Source of the DNA: Felis catus
Lineage: Eukaryota
NCBI RefSeq assembly: GCF_018350175.1
Contig: NC_058374.1
Coordinates: forward strand, 82,894,001-82,958,000
Direction: 5' to 3'
DNA length: 64,000 bases
Shown here: positions 37,501 to 51,500 of the stretch, one piece after another
How positions within the stretch are numbered: position 1 is the first letter of the stretch
How the letters are laid out: the number at the start of each line of letters is the position of its first letter
Notes under the pieces: model-generated
Seen by the model: the letters and a program-made list of their open reading frames with translations, nothing else
Database searches by the model: none
Told to the model about the DNA's origin: nothing
Position numbers and translations under genes: made by a program

Positions 37501-37629
37501 GCCCAGCATGGGGCTTGAAGGATCTCCTTCTCTATTGACTGAGCCAGCCAGGCACCCCTGCATTATGAAGAGTTAAACACTATGTTAAGAATATTTACAT
37601 CCCAAAGGCAATTCCTTGTCAACCTTCTT

Positions 37630-39050
37630 CTTCTTTTTTAATTTAATTTAATTTTTTAATTTACATCCATGTTAGCATATAGTGCAACAATGATTTCAGG
37701 AGTAGATCCCATAATGCCCCATCCCCCCTCCCACAACCCCTCCAGTAACCCTCTGTTTGTTCTCCATATTTAAGTCTCTTACGTTTTGTCCCCCTCCCTG
37801 TTTTTATATTATTTTTGCTTCCCTTCCTATGTGTTCATCTGTTCTGTGTCTTAAAGTCCTCATATGAGTGAAATCATATGATATTTGTCTTTCTCTAATT
37901 TCGCTTGCACAATACTCTTCAGTTCCATCCACGTAGTTGCAAATGGCAAGATTTCATTCTTTTTGATTGCCGAGTAATACTCCATTGTGTATATATACCA
38001 CATCTTCTTTATCAATTCACCCATCAGTGGACATTTGGGCTCTTTCCATACTTTGGCTATTATTGATAGTGCTGCTATAAACATTGGGGTGCATATGCCC
38101 CTTCGAAATAGCATACCTGTATCCCTTGGATAAATACCTAGTAGTGNNNNNNNNNNNNNNNNNNNNNNNNNNNNNNNNNNNNNNNNNNNNNNNNNNNNNN
38201 NNNNNNNNNNNNNNNNNNNNNNNNNNNNNNNNNNNNNNNNNNNNNNNNNNNNNNNNNNNNNNNNNNNNNNNNNNNNNNNNNNNNNNNNNNNNNNNNNNTT
38301 GTGAATGTTAGTCATTCTGACAAGTGTAAGGTGGTATCTCATTGTGGTTTTGATTTGTATTTCCTGATGATGAGTGAAGTTGAGCATTTTTTCATGTGTC
38401 GGTTGGCCATCTGGATGTCGTCTTTGGAGAAGTGCCTATTCATGTCTTTTGCCCATTTCTTCACTGGATTATTTGTTTTTTGGGTGTTGAGTTTGATAAG
38501 TTGTTTATAGATTTTGGATACTAACCCTTTATCTGATATGTCGTTCGCAAATATCTTCTCCCATTCCATTGCTTGCCTTTTAATTTTGCTGATTGTTTCC
38601 TTCGCCGTGCAGAAGCTTTTTATTTTGATGGGGTCACAATAACTCATTTTTGCTTTTGTTTCCTTTGCCTCTGGAGATGTGTTGAGTAAGAAGTTGCTGT
38701 GGCCAAGGTCAAAGAGGTTTTTGCCTGCTTTCTCCTCTAGGATTTTGATGGCTTCCTGTCTTACATTTAGGTCTTTCATCCATTTTGAGTTTATTTTGTG
38801 TATGGTGTAAGAAAGTGGTCTAGTTTCAATCTTCTGCATGTCACTGTCCAGTTTTCCTAGCACCACTTGCTGAAGAGACTGTCTTTATTCCATTGGATAT
38901 TCTTTCCTGCTTTGTCAAAGATTAGTTGGCCATATGTTTGTGGGTCCATTTCTGGCTTTTCTCTTCGGTTCCATTGATCTGAGTGTCTATTTTTGTGCCA
39001 GTACCATACTGTCTTGATGATTACAGCTTTGTAATACAGCTTGAAGTCCA
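37630..39050 (-). mobile_element. 5'-truncated carnivore L1 (ORF2 C-terminal part + 3' UTR)
   Basis: ORF2-like peptides ([53 protein letters not shown]); T-rich tail; 14-bp TSD TTGTCAACCTTCTT at 37616-37629 and 39051-39064. Confidence 0.93.
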
Positions 39051-40578
39051 TTGTCAACCTTCTTTCAAAGATTCTCTACTTCACTTGAACTCGCCACCCT
39101 ACTGCTTCACAAAGAAATCCTCAATTTCCTGCCATTACACTTATATTCTGTGTTTATCCCTCCAGATACTATTGAAGAGGAAACCTTCCATCATTCTTGG
39201 TTAATCTCTCCACTTACTTTGCGGTATTTTTCGAATTATTTCTCTGTAATGAGTCTATCTTTCACCATTTGAATATGCTCAAGTCTTTCCATCTGCAGAA
39301 ACAGTCACTGAGTATGTTTTGACTCTGTGTTTAATTAAAATATATTTCAGTTAAGCAGCTTTATGCAATTCAGATTTTCCATCAGTATTACTCTTTTTTT
39401 TTAAATTCTTTTTTTAAAAATTGAGGGGTACCTGGGTGGCTCAGTTGATTAAGCACTGACTTTGGCTCAGGTCATGATCTCACGGTCAGTGAGTTTAACC
39501 CCCGAGTTGGGCTTTGTGCTGACAGGGCAGAGCCTGGAGCCTGCTTCGGATTTTGTATCTCCCACTCTCTCTGCCCCTCCCCTACTGGAGCTCTCTTTCT
39601 TACCTGTTTTCATTCCGCCAAGTTTTTTGAAGAGCCATTACACTTAACCACTTATCATCACTTCTCATTCTGTCTGTGATAGTGGTGAACTAAGCTGCTG
39701 CCACTGTTGTGTTACTTTGAGTTCATGGGCTTAAGGGATTCATTGGCTTTGAAAGTTTAAATAATATTATTAATCAAGGCCACTAGATCAGTTAATGTAT
39801 TTAAATATTGCTAAGTCTTCATTAGTAAGCACATGTATTTGAATAGGATTTAGATTCTGGCTAGAGTAGCACTATGGTGGGTGCACATGTTTTAACTTGA
39901 TTTTATCGACTAGACCTTCACAGAGTGAATGAAATTTTGTATAAATTCAGATGTGTCTATGATCTATCCAAATGTGCTTTTCTAATTCCTATTTAGTTTT
40001 GCAGTTACAAAACTAAATTTTGTAGGACTGAAAAAGTACAGACATGAGCATGTAAAAAAAATCACAATATATCATCATACTGGTCAAATTTATAATGCCC
40101 AATATACATTTTCTCTATTTTGCCAAATCTCTCCTGTAAATTGGTTTCTCTGGTGGCCACATGAATAGATTATAGCAAGTCTGAATCATTATAATGTGTT
40201 AAGAGAATGTAGATTTTGCCGGGGTACCTAAAAAAGATTTTAGTGCTAATTTGAAAGAATTTGAAACAGCAAAAAGAAAAAACCTTTTGCGTGTGGTTAT
40301 TGTTGATAGCATTTTAATACTTTTTTTAAGCTAAAAAACATGAAAAGTGTTTTCAGAATCTTGTGTTATCATATAGTAAACAAAACCATTCTGTAAAAAA
40401 CTAAGTAAAACTAATTTTAACCACATTCTTCTACTTGAACACTCTATAAACCTTAATTTCTCAAGATTTTACATAATTTGAACATTTTTATACATCACCC
40501 AATTTTGCCTGTCAATTTGCTAAAGGCTACTGTTCCAACCCTCTGATCTTTGGGAAATTTTTAGAGAAAACAATTTTA

Positions 40579-40756
40579 TTTTTTACTTTTTTCAAGTTCT
40601 TATTTAAATTCCAGTTAGTTAGCATAGAGTGTAATATTAGTTTCAAGTATAGAATTTAGTGATTGACCACTTACATACAACACCCACTGCTCATCTCAAC
40701 AGGTGCCCTTCTTAATACCCATCACCCACTTAACCCATCTCCCTGCCTAAATCCCC
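40579..40756 (-). mobile_element. Short L1 3'-end insertion
   Basis: L1 3' UTR-like sequence flanked by AAAACAATTTTA direct repeats (40567-40578 and 40762-40773). Confidence 0.65.
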
Positions 40757-41029
40757 TAGATAAAACAATTTTAGATTATCAGGTAATATGTACAGTAAGA
40801 AAATTTCAAGGTTAAGTATATTTACTTACATGCATTTACTATTCCAGTTTAACTTAGATGAAAAAAATCACAGTAAAAAGTACAGAAAGTGCCAAATAAA
40901 TTTATGATGTATGAACATGGTTAATATAATTGCTGTTTTGTGAGAATTACTAAGTACAGAAATTGGAAAAAAGTAATATGTACATATTTCTGTGATAGTT
41001 ATTGACAGTACTGGCACTTGATTTGAAAT

Positions 41030-42380
41030 TTTTCTTTTTTTTTCTTTTCATATTTATTTTTGGGAAAGAGAGAACATGTGCACTCAAGTGGGGGACTTGC
41101 AGGAAGAGGGAAACAATCCCTATGCTGCCCCACCGAGTGGGGCTTGAACACACCCACTGTGAGCTCCTTTCCTGAGCTTAGTCAGTCGTGATCAAGAGTC
41201 AGACACTTAACCAACTGAGCCACTCAGTGCCCCTAAATTTTTTATTAAGTATTAGTTTTGTGCAATTCTCATTCACATATTTATAGTAGAATTAAAATGA
41301 TTTAAAACTAGGGAAGTGTCTAGGATCACAATGTTTAACAGAATTATTTTTATAATTTTATTTTAAAAGTTTATTTATTTTGAGGGGCGCCTGGGTGGCG
41401 CAGTCGGTTAAGCGTCCGACTTCAGCCAGGTCACAATCTCGTGGTCCGTGAGTTCGAGCCCCGCATCAGGCTCTGGGCTGATGGCTCAGAGCCTGGAGCC
41501 TGTTTCTGATTCTGTGTCTCCCTCTCTCTCTGCCCCTCCCCCGTTCATGCTCTGTCTCTCTCTGTCCCAAAAATAAATAAACGTTGAAAAAAAAATTAAA
41601 AAAAAAATAAAAGTTTATTTATTTTGAGAGAGAGAGTGGAGGGGAGGAGCAGAGAGAAGGGCTAAGAGAAAATTGGCTCAGGTCATGATCTCACAGTTGG
41701 TGAGTTCCATCCTCTAGTCAGGCTCTGCACTGCCAGCATGGAGCTGGACGTTTAAGTTTATTTACTTATTTTGAGAGAGAGAAAGCGTGAGTGGGGTTGG
41801 GGCGGAGAGAGGAGGAGAGAGAGGGAGGGGGGGAGAGAGAGAATGAGAATCCTAAGTAGGCTCCACACTGTCAGCACAGAGCCTGACACCTGACGTAGGG
41901 CTTGAACTTACCAACTGTGAGATCATGACCTGAGCCGAAATCAAGAGTCAGATGCTTAATGAACTGAGCCACCGAGGCACCCCAGAATTTCTTTTATTGA
42001 GCGTAGAAACTCAAGCAGGGGAAAAACACAGGTCATAAAAGTGACCAATTAAAATTCATTGCTAGGACTATTTTCTTTTGCAAATTTATTTATTCATCTG
42101 AATTTTGGTTCAAAATTCAGAAGGTACAGGGGCACCTGGCTGGCTCAGTCAGTGAAGCATGTGACTCTTGATCTCAGGGTTATGGGTTTGAGCTCCACAT
42201 TGGGTGTAGAGATTACTTAAAAATAAAATCTTAAAAAAAAAAAAAAAACAACAACCCACATGGGGCACCTGAGTGGCTCAGTCGGTTAAGCGTCTGACTT
42301 CAGCTCAGGTCATGATCTCACAGTTCATGGTTTGAGCCCTGCATCATGCTGTGTACTGACAGCTCAGAGTCTGGAGCCTG

Positions 42381-42432
<52 letters not shown>

Positions 42433-43110
42433 CTTTGCCCCTCCCCCACTCATGCTCTGTCTTTCTGTCTCTCAAGAATGAATAAACGTCAAAAAAAATT
42501 TTTGGGGGGGTGCCTGGGTGGCTTATTCGGTTAAGCGGCCAACTTTGGCTCAGGTCATGATCTCACCGTCCGTGAGTTCGAGCCCCGCGTGGGGCTCTGT
42601 GCTGACAGCTCAGAGCCTGGAGCCTGTTTCGGATTCTGTGTCTCCCTCTCTCTGACCCTCCCCCGTTAATGCTCTGTCTCTCTCTGTCTCAAAAATAAAT
42701 AAATGTTAAAAAAATTTTTTTTTAATTAAAAAAAATTAAAAATAATTTTTTTAACCCACAAAATTTAGAGGGTACAAAAGGGCATATAGTGTAGTCACCC
42801 TTTTGTCTGTTCCTAGCTACCTACTTTATCCAGAAGCAAACATTGTTATCAGTTGTCTGTATATCTTTCCTGTATATATTTTATCCAAATGTAAGCAATT
42901 ATATATTTTTCTCTTTTACACAAATGGTACCATACTATAAGCACTATTTTGTATTTTTCCTCTAAGAATTTTTTTACTCTAGGGGCGCCTGGGTGGCTCA
43001 GTTGGTTGAGTGTCTGACTCTTGATCTCAGCTCAGGTCTTGATCTCAGGGTTGCAAGTTCAAGCCCTGCGTTGGGCTCTGCGCTGGGTGTGAAGCCTACT
43101 TAAAAAAAGA
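41030..43110. mobile_element. Dense nested CAN-SINE cluster
   Basis: At least eight SINEs in both orientations; the near-consensus copy at 41384-41608 has a 19-bp TSD. Confidence 0.85.
42382..42428. repeat. (TG)n microsatellite within a SINE body
   Basis: Direct observation. Confidence 0.9.
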
Positions 43111-43278
43111 AAAATTTTTTTTAATTTTTTTTACTATACATCTTGGAGAACCTTCCAAATCACTATTTAATGTTCTTCCTTTTATGGCTATGTAGTAGTC
43201 GATTGTCTGGTTTTATTGTTATTTTAGATGTCCCCTATTGGTGAGTATTTGTATTATTTTACATTTTTTTGTCATTAT

Positions 43279-43411
43279 TAGAGTGACCATATTTCCTGGT
43301 TTGCTTGATGCAGTCTCACCTGTGCCAGTTGTCCTAACTTAAATATTAATAGTACCCTCTTTCTTTTATAAAAGTGTCCCAATTTGGACAATATGTTTTA
43401 TGGTTACCCTA
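43279..43411. mobile_element. Non-autonomous hAT-Blackjack-type DNA transposon (MER94-like)
   Basis: ~133 bp with imperfect terminal inverted repeats TAGAGTGACCATA / TATGGTTACCCTA. Confidence 0.6.
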
Positions 43412-43692
43412 GCTATTACATTGCTGCAGGGAATAATATTAAAAATCTTGTCATTTTGTAGGTTTACAAATATAACTGTAGGATAAATTCCTAGAATTAG
43501 AATTGCTGAGTCAAAAGGTATATACATTTGTAATTTTGATAGATGTTGCCAAATTGTTTCTTTATCATTCATACCATTTTAGTCTCCAGTAGCATAGGAG
43601 AGCAGTAGGAGAGCACTTGTTTTCTGCCATCATCTCAGGTGATTATCACTTTTTTAAATGTTTGCCATTACAATAAGTATAAAATAATTTCT

Positions 43693-44061
43693 TTTTTAAA
43701 TTAATTAATTTCTTTATTTTGTAATTTATTTCCAAGTTAGTTAGCATATAGTGCAACAATGATTTCAGGAGTAGCTTCCTGAATGCCCCTTACCCATTTA
43801 GGCTATCCCCCCTCAACAACCCCTCCAGCAACTTTCTGTTTGTTCTCTATATGTAAGAGTCTCTTATGTTTTGTCCCCCTCCCTGTTTTTGTATTATTTT
43901 TGCTTCCCTTCCCTTATGTTCGTCTGTCTTGTATCGTAAATTCCTCGAGTGAAGTCGTATGATATTTGTCTTTCTCTAACTGTGCTTAACACAATACCCT
44001 TTCAGTGCGATCTATGTAGTTGCAAATGGCAAGATTTCATTCTTTTTGATTGCCAAGTAAA
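43693..44061 (-). mobile_element. Second carnivore L1 3' end, closely similar to 37630-37980
   Basis: Shared 3' UTR sequence; TSD TATAAAATAATTTCT at 43678-43692 and 44062-44076. Confidence 0.85.
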
Positions 44062-44089
44062 TATAAAATAATTTCTAAGTGTTTGCTTT

Positions 44090-44559
44090 TATTTTACCTT
44101 TTTTTTTAAAGGTTTTTTTTTTTAGTTTTGAGAGAGAGAGCTGGAAGAGGGGGAGAGAGAATCTTTTTTTTTTTTTTTTAGATTATTTTATGTTATTTTG
44201 TAGAGAGAAAAGAATCTTAAGTAGGCTCTACGCTCAGCACAGAGCCCAGTACAAGTCTTGATCCCATGACCCTGGGATCATGACCTGAACTGAAACCAAG
44301 AGTTGGACACTCAACTGACTGAGCCACCCAGGTGCCCCTATAGGAGTTCTTCATATATTTTGGAAATTAGCTTTCTATGAAATGAGTTACATACATTTCC
44401 TCCCCACCTTCCTGGTTTATCATTTGACTTTTGGTTTTCCTTTTGTGGTTTTTGCCAGGTAGGAATTTTTTATCTTTATATAGTTAGATTTTTTAATTTG
44501 TATTTTCTTTTGAGAGAGACAGAGTATGGGCAGGGGAGAGGGACAGAGTGGGGGAAATG

Positions 44560-44608
<49 letters not shown>

Positions 44609-45612
44609 AAGAATCTCAAGCAGGCTTCATGCTCAGTGTGGAGCCTGATGCCCGGCTTGATCCCATGACCCTGGGATCGTGATCTGAGCCAAAATCAGGA
44701 GTCTGACACTCAACCGACTGAGCCACCCAGTCGCCCCTAGATTACTTAATAAAATCTTAAAAAGAACCCAATCTAGACAGAGTTTACTGGGGGACATCTG
44801 GCTGCCTCATTTGGTGGAGCACGTGACTCTTGATCTCAGGGTTGAGTTCAAGCCCCACATTGGGTATACAGATTATTTAAAAATTTATAAAAGGGGGGGC
44901 ACCAAGGTGGCTCAGTCAGTTAAGTGTCCAGCTCTTGATTTCAGCTCAGGTCATGATACCAGGGATTGAGCTCTGTTTTGGGGCTCCATGCTGGGTATGG
45001 AGCCTGCTTGGGATTCTGTCTCTCAAAAAAAAAAAAAAAAAAAGTTGTTCAATAAGATTGTTAGATAAAAGATCAGTATCCAAAATTTAGTACTGTTCCT
45101 ATACTGAAGTAATAATTATGGCTATTTATTTACTTATTTTTTTAATGTTTATTTTTGAGACAGAAAGGGTGTGTGTGGGAGGGGAAGAAGGAGAGGGGGA
45201 CAGAGGATCTGAAGCGGGCTCTGTGCTGACAACAGGGAGCCCAACCTGGGGCTTGAACCCATGAACTGTGAGATCATGACCTGAGCCGAAGTCAGTCGCC
45301 TAACTGACTGAACCACCCAGGCGCCCCTATGCCTATTCTTCAGAAGCTACATTTATGATAGCATTACAAGCTGAAAAGTACATGTGAATAAATGTAGGAT
45401 GTACAAGAATATTATAGAGAATTTTTTTTAAGTTTATTTATGTAGAGAGAGAGTGAGCATTTGGGAGGGGCAGAGAGAGAGAGAATCCCAAGCAGGCTCT
45501 GCACTGTCAGTGTAGAGCCCTACATAGGGGTTAAATTCATGAACCGTGAGATCATGACCTGAGCCGAAATCAAGAGGTGGTCACTTAACTGACTGAGGCA
45601 CTCAGGCACCCT
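44090..45612. mobile_element. CAN-SINE cluster
   Basis: Six or more SINEs; (GA)n at 44563-44603. Confidence 0.8.
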
Positions 45613-45644
45613 AAGAAATTATTAAATGGAAAGGCATGTCACAT

Positions 45645-46122
45645 ATTGCAAACTCTAGTCTGGCTCCCATGATCCTTGCCTCTGATATTCCTGCCTTTGT
45701 TTAAGTTCCTCCTCTTGAGTATAAATGGAACCTGTGACTTCCAGCTCACAAATAGAATATGGCAGAGATAAACTGCCTTATTGGCTTTCAAGAAGCAAGC
45801 AGTCATGTTATGAGCTGTCCTCAGGGGAAGGCCACGTGGCAAGAAACTGAAGGCAGCTCCCAGCGAACACTCAGCAAGAAACTTAGGCCTTCAGTCCAAC
45901 AGCCTGCAAGGAACTGAATGCTTCCAAAATCAAGTCAGAGAAGTTGATCCTTCCAAACATGTGCCTCATGTTAGAGCTGAGCCTTGGACAACACTTTGAT
46001 TGCAGCCTAGCTAAGCCATGGCCAGACATCTGACCTATAGAAACTGTGAGAGAATAAATATATGTTGTTTTGTACCCCTAATTGGCAGTAATACTATTAT
46101 ACAGCAATAGATAATTAATACA
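45645..46122 (+). mobile_element. ERVL-MaLR (MLT1-type) solo LTR
   Basis: Typical MLT1 motifs (GCCACGTGGCAAGAAACTGA...AACTGTGAGAGAATAAAT...GCAATAGATAATTAATACA). The 5' boundary is approximate. Confidence 0.7.
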
Positions 46123-46414
46123 CCATGTTCAGTGGAGGAAAACTCCAGAGTAATTGGTAAATTCAATACAGTTCCAGTCAAAATCTCAACAGGATTTTGC
46201 ATAGAATTTATAAGAAATCTAAAAATTATTTTTAAATCTAAAATTGTTATGAAAGATAAAACAGTTTTTATAAAACTGTGTGGCAGGGGCACCTGGGTGG
46301 CTCAGTCCGGCTCAGGTCATGGTATCATGGTTCGTGAGATCCAGTGTACACATTCTCTAGCTCGCGTGTGCACGCTCTCTCTCTCTAAACAAACAAACAA
46401 CTATGTGGTAAAGA

Positions 46415-48500
46415 TGTGATTTACTTTTTAAGAAACCACCCATCCATTTTTCCAAGTGGCTGTACCATTTTACTTTTCCACCAGCAATGTATGAGGGTTC
46501 TAGTTTCTCTACATTCTCACCAATATTTGCGTGTGTGCACGCTCTCTCTCTGTCTCTCTAATTATTATAACCATTCTAGTAGGTATCTCTTTGTGGTTTT
46601 AATTTGCATTTCCCTAATGCCTAATAATTCTCAGCACCTTTTCATGTGCTTATTAGTAATGGATGTGAAGTGTCTCTTCAAGTGTTTTGCCCATTTTTAA
46701 ATTAGGTTTTTGTCTTATTGTTGAGTTATAAGAACTCTTTATATGCTCTAGATACAGGTCTTTTATCAGGTATATCATTTGTAATGTCTTCTTATGGCCA
46801 GTGACCTGTTTTTTCATTTTCTTTTTTTTTTAATGTTTATTTATTTTTGAGACAGAGAGAGACAGAGCATGAATGGGGGAGGGTCAGAGAGAGAGGGAGA
46901 CACAGAATCTGAAGCAGGCTCCAGGCTCTGAGCTGTCAGCACAGAGCCCGACATGGGGCTCGAAGTCACGGACCGTGAGATCATGACCTGGGCCAAAGTT
47001 GGACGCTTAACCGACTGAGCCACCCAGGTGCCCCTGTTTTTTCATTTTCTTGATGGTATCTTGTGAAAGTAAAAAGTTTTAAATTTTAATGAAATCCATT
47101 TTATCATGTTTTCTTTTATGGCTCATGCTTTTGGTGTTGTGTCTAAGAGCTTTGCTAGCCCAGAGTCATGAAGATTTTCTCCTATGTTTTCTTGTAGAAG
47201 ACTATGATTTTAGTTTTTACACTTAATTCTGTGACCCATTTTGAGTTAGCCTTTGTGTATTGTATGAGCTTAAGGGTCTAAGTTTTTGTTATTTGGTGTT
47301 TTTTGCATGCAGATATCCAATTATCTCAGCACTGTTGATGGAAAAATTCTTTCCTCATTGAATTGTTTTGATTCCTTTGTTGAAAATTAATTGACCATAA
47401 ATATAAGGGTTTCTTTCTGGTCTCAGTTCTATTCTATTGACCTACATTCCTGTTTTTACAGCAATACCACGTTATCTTGTTTGCTTTAGCTTTTAGTAAG
47501 CTTTTAAATCAGTTAGTATAAATCTTTCAACTTTTTTTCTTTTTTCCAACTTTTTTCTTTTTCAAAATTGTTTTGGTTCTCCTAGGTCCTTTGTATTTCC
47601 ATCAGCTTGTCAACTTCTACAGAGAAACCTGCTAAGATTTTGATAGGAATTGTCCTGAAACTATATACATATCAATTTGGGGAAAATCACTATTTTAAGA
47701 GTTACTTCTTTAATATCTCTCAGTGATATTTTATAATTTTCAGTGTATAAATCTTACATTTGCTGTGTTAAATTTATTTCTAAATATTTAATTCCTTTTG
47801 ATGCTATTATGAATGGAATTATTTTCTTAATTTCATTTCGATCTGTTTATTGCTAGTGTATAGATATACAGTTGACTTTTGTATATTGATCTTGTAGCCT
47901 ATGACCTTGCTGGATTAATTTATTCTAATAGTTTTATTGTGAGTTGCTTGGGATTTTCTACATAGACAGTTATGTTGTTTATGAATAAAGATGATTTTAT
48001 TTCTTCCTTTCTAATCTGGATGTCTGTAAGCTATTTGGTTTTGTTGTTGCTTGATTTCTTTTTCTTAGCACATTGTCTAGCAGTTCTAGCATAATGTACA
48101 GAAATTATGAGTAGACACCCTTGCCTTGATCTTACGGGGAATGCATTCAGTCTTTCAGCAGTAAGCATTATGTTAGCTGTAGGGTTTTTGTAACTGTTCC
48201 TTATCTGTCAATTAAAGCAATTCCCTTCTATTGAGAGGTTTCATCATGAGTAGATAGTAGCTTTTGTTAGTTGCTTGTTCTGCATCCACTGAGATGATCT
48301 GTGCTTTTTCTCCTATATTAATATGTTATATCATGTTACTTGATTTTTGGATGTTTAACCAGCCTTCATTCCTGGAATAAATAGCAGTTGGTCATGATGT
48401 ATAAACCCTTTTGTAAATATGTTTGAGTTCAGTTTACTAATATTTTGTTAGGGCTTTTTACATCTTTATTCATAAAGGATATTTGATATTTGTATATAGT
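46415..48500 (-). mobile_element. Old degraded L1M ORF2/3' fragment interrupted by a SINE (46820-47035)
   Basis: T-rich L1 antisense motifs (TTCCAAGTGGCTGTACCATTTTAC, TTTGCATTTCCCTAATG). Confidence 0.75.
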
Positions 48501-48514
48501 TTTTTTGTCTTAAA

Positions 48515-51500
48515 AATTTTTTTTTAATTTTTTTTTTCAATGTTTATTTTTGGGACAGAGAGACAGAGCATGAACGGGGGAGGGGCAGAGAGAGAGGGAG
48601 ACACAGAATCGGAAACAGGCTCCAGGCTCTGAGCCATCAGCCCAGAGCCCGACGCGGGGCTCAAACTCACGCACCGCGAGATCGTGACCTGGCTGAAGTC
48701 GGACGCTTAACCGACTGCGCCACCCAGGCGCCCCTTAAAAAATTTTGTTAATGTTTATTTTTGAGAGACAGCACGCAGGCAGGGAACGGGCAGAGAGAGA
48801 AGGAAACACAGAATCCAAAGTGGGCTCCAGGCTCTGAGCTGTAAGCACAGAGCCTGATGCAGGGCTTGAACCAATGAACTGTGAGATCATGACCTGAGCT
48901 GAAGTTGGACACTTAACCAAGTCACCTAGGTGCCCCAATTTTAGCATATTAAAAAAAAAAATCTTTATTCAAAAAAAGTAAAAAATAAATAATCTTTATT
49001 CAACTTTCAACCACCACTAGTGGGCACTAACATTGATTTTTTTTTTTAATTTACTCATGGTAAAAGTATACTTTAATGATTTCTAGTACATTTACAAAGT
49101 TATGCAACCATCACAACAATCTAATTTTTTTTAGGTTTATTTTGAAAGAGAGAGCAAGTGGAAGAAGGGCAGAGAGAATTCCTGTCAGCACAGAGCCCAA
49201 TTTGGGGCTGGCTCCCATGAACCCTGAGATCATGACTTGAGCGGAAATCCTAGAAGCAGATGCTCAACCTACTGAGCCATCCAGATGCCCCACAACAATC
49301 CAATTTTTTTTTAAGTAATTTCAGTGCCAGATGGGCTCGAACTGATGACTCAGAGTTGCATGCATGCTCTGTTGACTGAGCTAGCCAGGCACCCCTAATT
49401 TTAGCATATTTTCATATTCAACATATTTTAGTAAGTTGATGATAGTGACTCTAACATATAAAGAAAGAAATTTGCCATTAGCCATCTAAAATTCAGTGAG
49501 TTGGCTCTGATTATTAGGCTGCAGGTTATTAGATTTGTAGTAAAGAATAAGATGGATTTGTTAAGACAACTACCATGTTAAAATATTCAATTTGAAAAAA
49601 TTCAGTTTGAAGAAAAATGGTGGATTTGTGATATTCAACATAGTGTCATCTAAATATCAGGTATGGGTGAAAAAATACATCTTGTACTTGTAAGATGCTT
49701 TATAATTGACAAAAGTACTTTTACAATCATTATCCGATTTGTCATAATAATCCCTGAGAGATACTGTGCCCATTTTGTAGAAGGGAAAACTGATGTTTTA
49801 AAAGACTAAGATTTCGAAGTGCTTAGCTGACTCAGAACATGCAACTTTTGATCTTGGGGTTGTAAGTTTGAGCCCCATGTTGGGTGTAGAGATTACTTAA
49901 AAATCTTTAAAATTTTTGAGTTTTTCCAGTTTAACACAGAAAGTGGTAGAGCTGGCTTTAAATTTCAAACTTCTGGTCTAAATGTGTACAAATTCCATGC
50001 TTTGTTTTCCTGGTATTTGCTAAAGGTTGCATGACCTATATCACCCAGGAGGCGGCAGTGTTATCTTAATATTCATTGAGAATGCATTTTCCCATTGGAA
50101 GTAACTTAAAAGGAAGTGAAAATTGTGTTCTTTCAGTTAATTCTTTCTTCTTTTTTAAGTTTATTTATTTATTTTGAGAGAGAGAGAAAGCATGAGTAGG
50201 GGAGGCGGGGGGGGGGGGGGGGGAGAGAGAGAGAATCCCAAGCAGACTCCACATTGTCATCATGGGGCCCATGCAGGGATTGAACCTACAAACTGTGAGT
50301 TCATAACAGACACTTAACTGACTGAGCCATTTAGGCGCCCCTCTTTCAGCTAATTTTTGAGCATAAATTATGTTTGGGTGTTAAAAAAGTTAAGTTGGTG
50401 CCTCTACTGAGGAGCTCACAATCTGGGTGCAAGAAATGGGAGAGTCAAGTAGAATTAAAAGCCTACTGAGGGGCACCTGGGTGGCTCAGTCAGTTGAGCA
50501 TACGATTCTTAATTTCAGCCCAAGTCATTATCCCAGGGTCGTGGGATTAAGCCAGCCCTGTGTGTGTGTTCCCACAGGCTCGCTCACTCTCGCTCTCTCT
50601 CTCTCTCTCTCAAAGAAAAAAAAAAGCCTACTGCAATTTTGTACATAATGCTATAGGAATACAAACTTATAGTGGGCCTTTTGGTGTAGTGTCTTTTGTT
50701 TGTTTGTTTGTTTGTTTTTAGTTTTTGAGAGACACGGGGGAGGGGCAGAGAGAGCCAGAGACCCAGAATCCGAAGCAGGCTCCAGGCTCTGTTAGTACAG
50801 AGCCTGACTCGGGGCTCAAACCTATGAACCTGTGAGATCATGACTGTAGCTGAAGTCAGACTACCCAGTAGTGCCATTAGTGAATCGTAGGGTGGTTCTA
50901 TTTTTAACTTGAAATTTTTTTTGTTGTTTAATTTATTTTTTTAATGTTTATTATTAAAAAAAATTTTTTTAATGTTTATTTTTGAGCGATTCAGAGTGCT
51001 AGCAGGGGAGGGGCAAAGAGAGAGGAGACAGAATCTCAAGCAGGCTTCAGGCTCTGAGCTGTCAGCACAGCTGAGCCCCATATGGGGATCGAACTCACAA
51101 ACTGTGAGATCATGACCTCAGCTGAAGTGGGATGCTTAACCGCAACTGAGCCAGGTGCCCTTATTTTTTTAAGGTTTATTTATTTTATTTTATTTAAAAA
51201 AAAATTTTAACATTTATTTATTTTTGAGACAGAGACAGAACATGAATGGGGGAGGGTCAGAGAGAGGGAGACACAGAATCTGAAACAGGCTCCAGGCTCT
51301 GAGCTGTCAGCACGGAGCCCGATGCGGGGCTCGAACTCATGGACCACGAGATCATGACCTGAGCTGAAGTCAGCCGCTTAACTGACTGAGACACCCAGGC
51401 GCCCCTTAAGGTTTATTTTTGAGAGAGAGAAAGAGAGAGAGAGAGAGAAAATGGGAGCAGGGCAGAGAGAGTGGGGAGACATAGAATCCCAAGCAGGCTC

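Noticed and set aside
39660-41350. AT-rich stretch possibly derived from an ancient hAT transposon
   Set aside because: No TIRs or convincing transposase translation found by eye; needs RepeatMasker.
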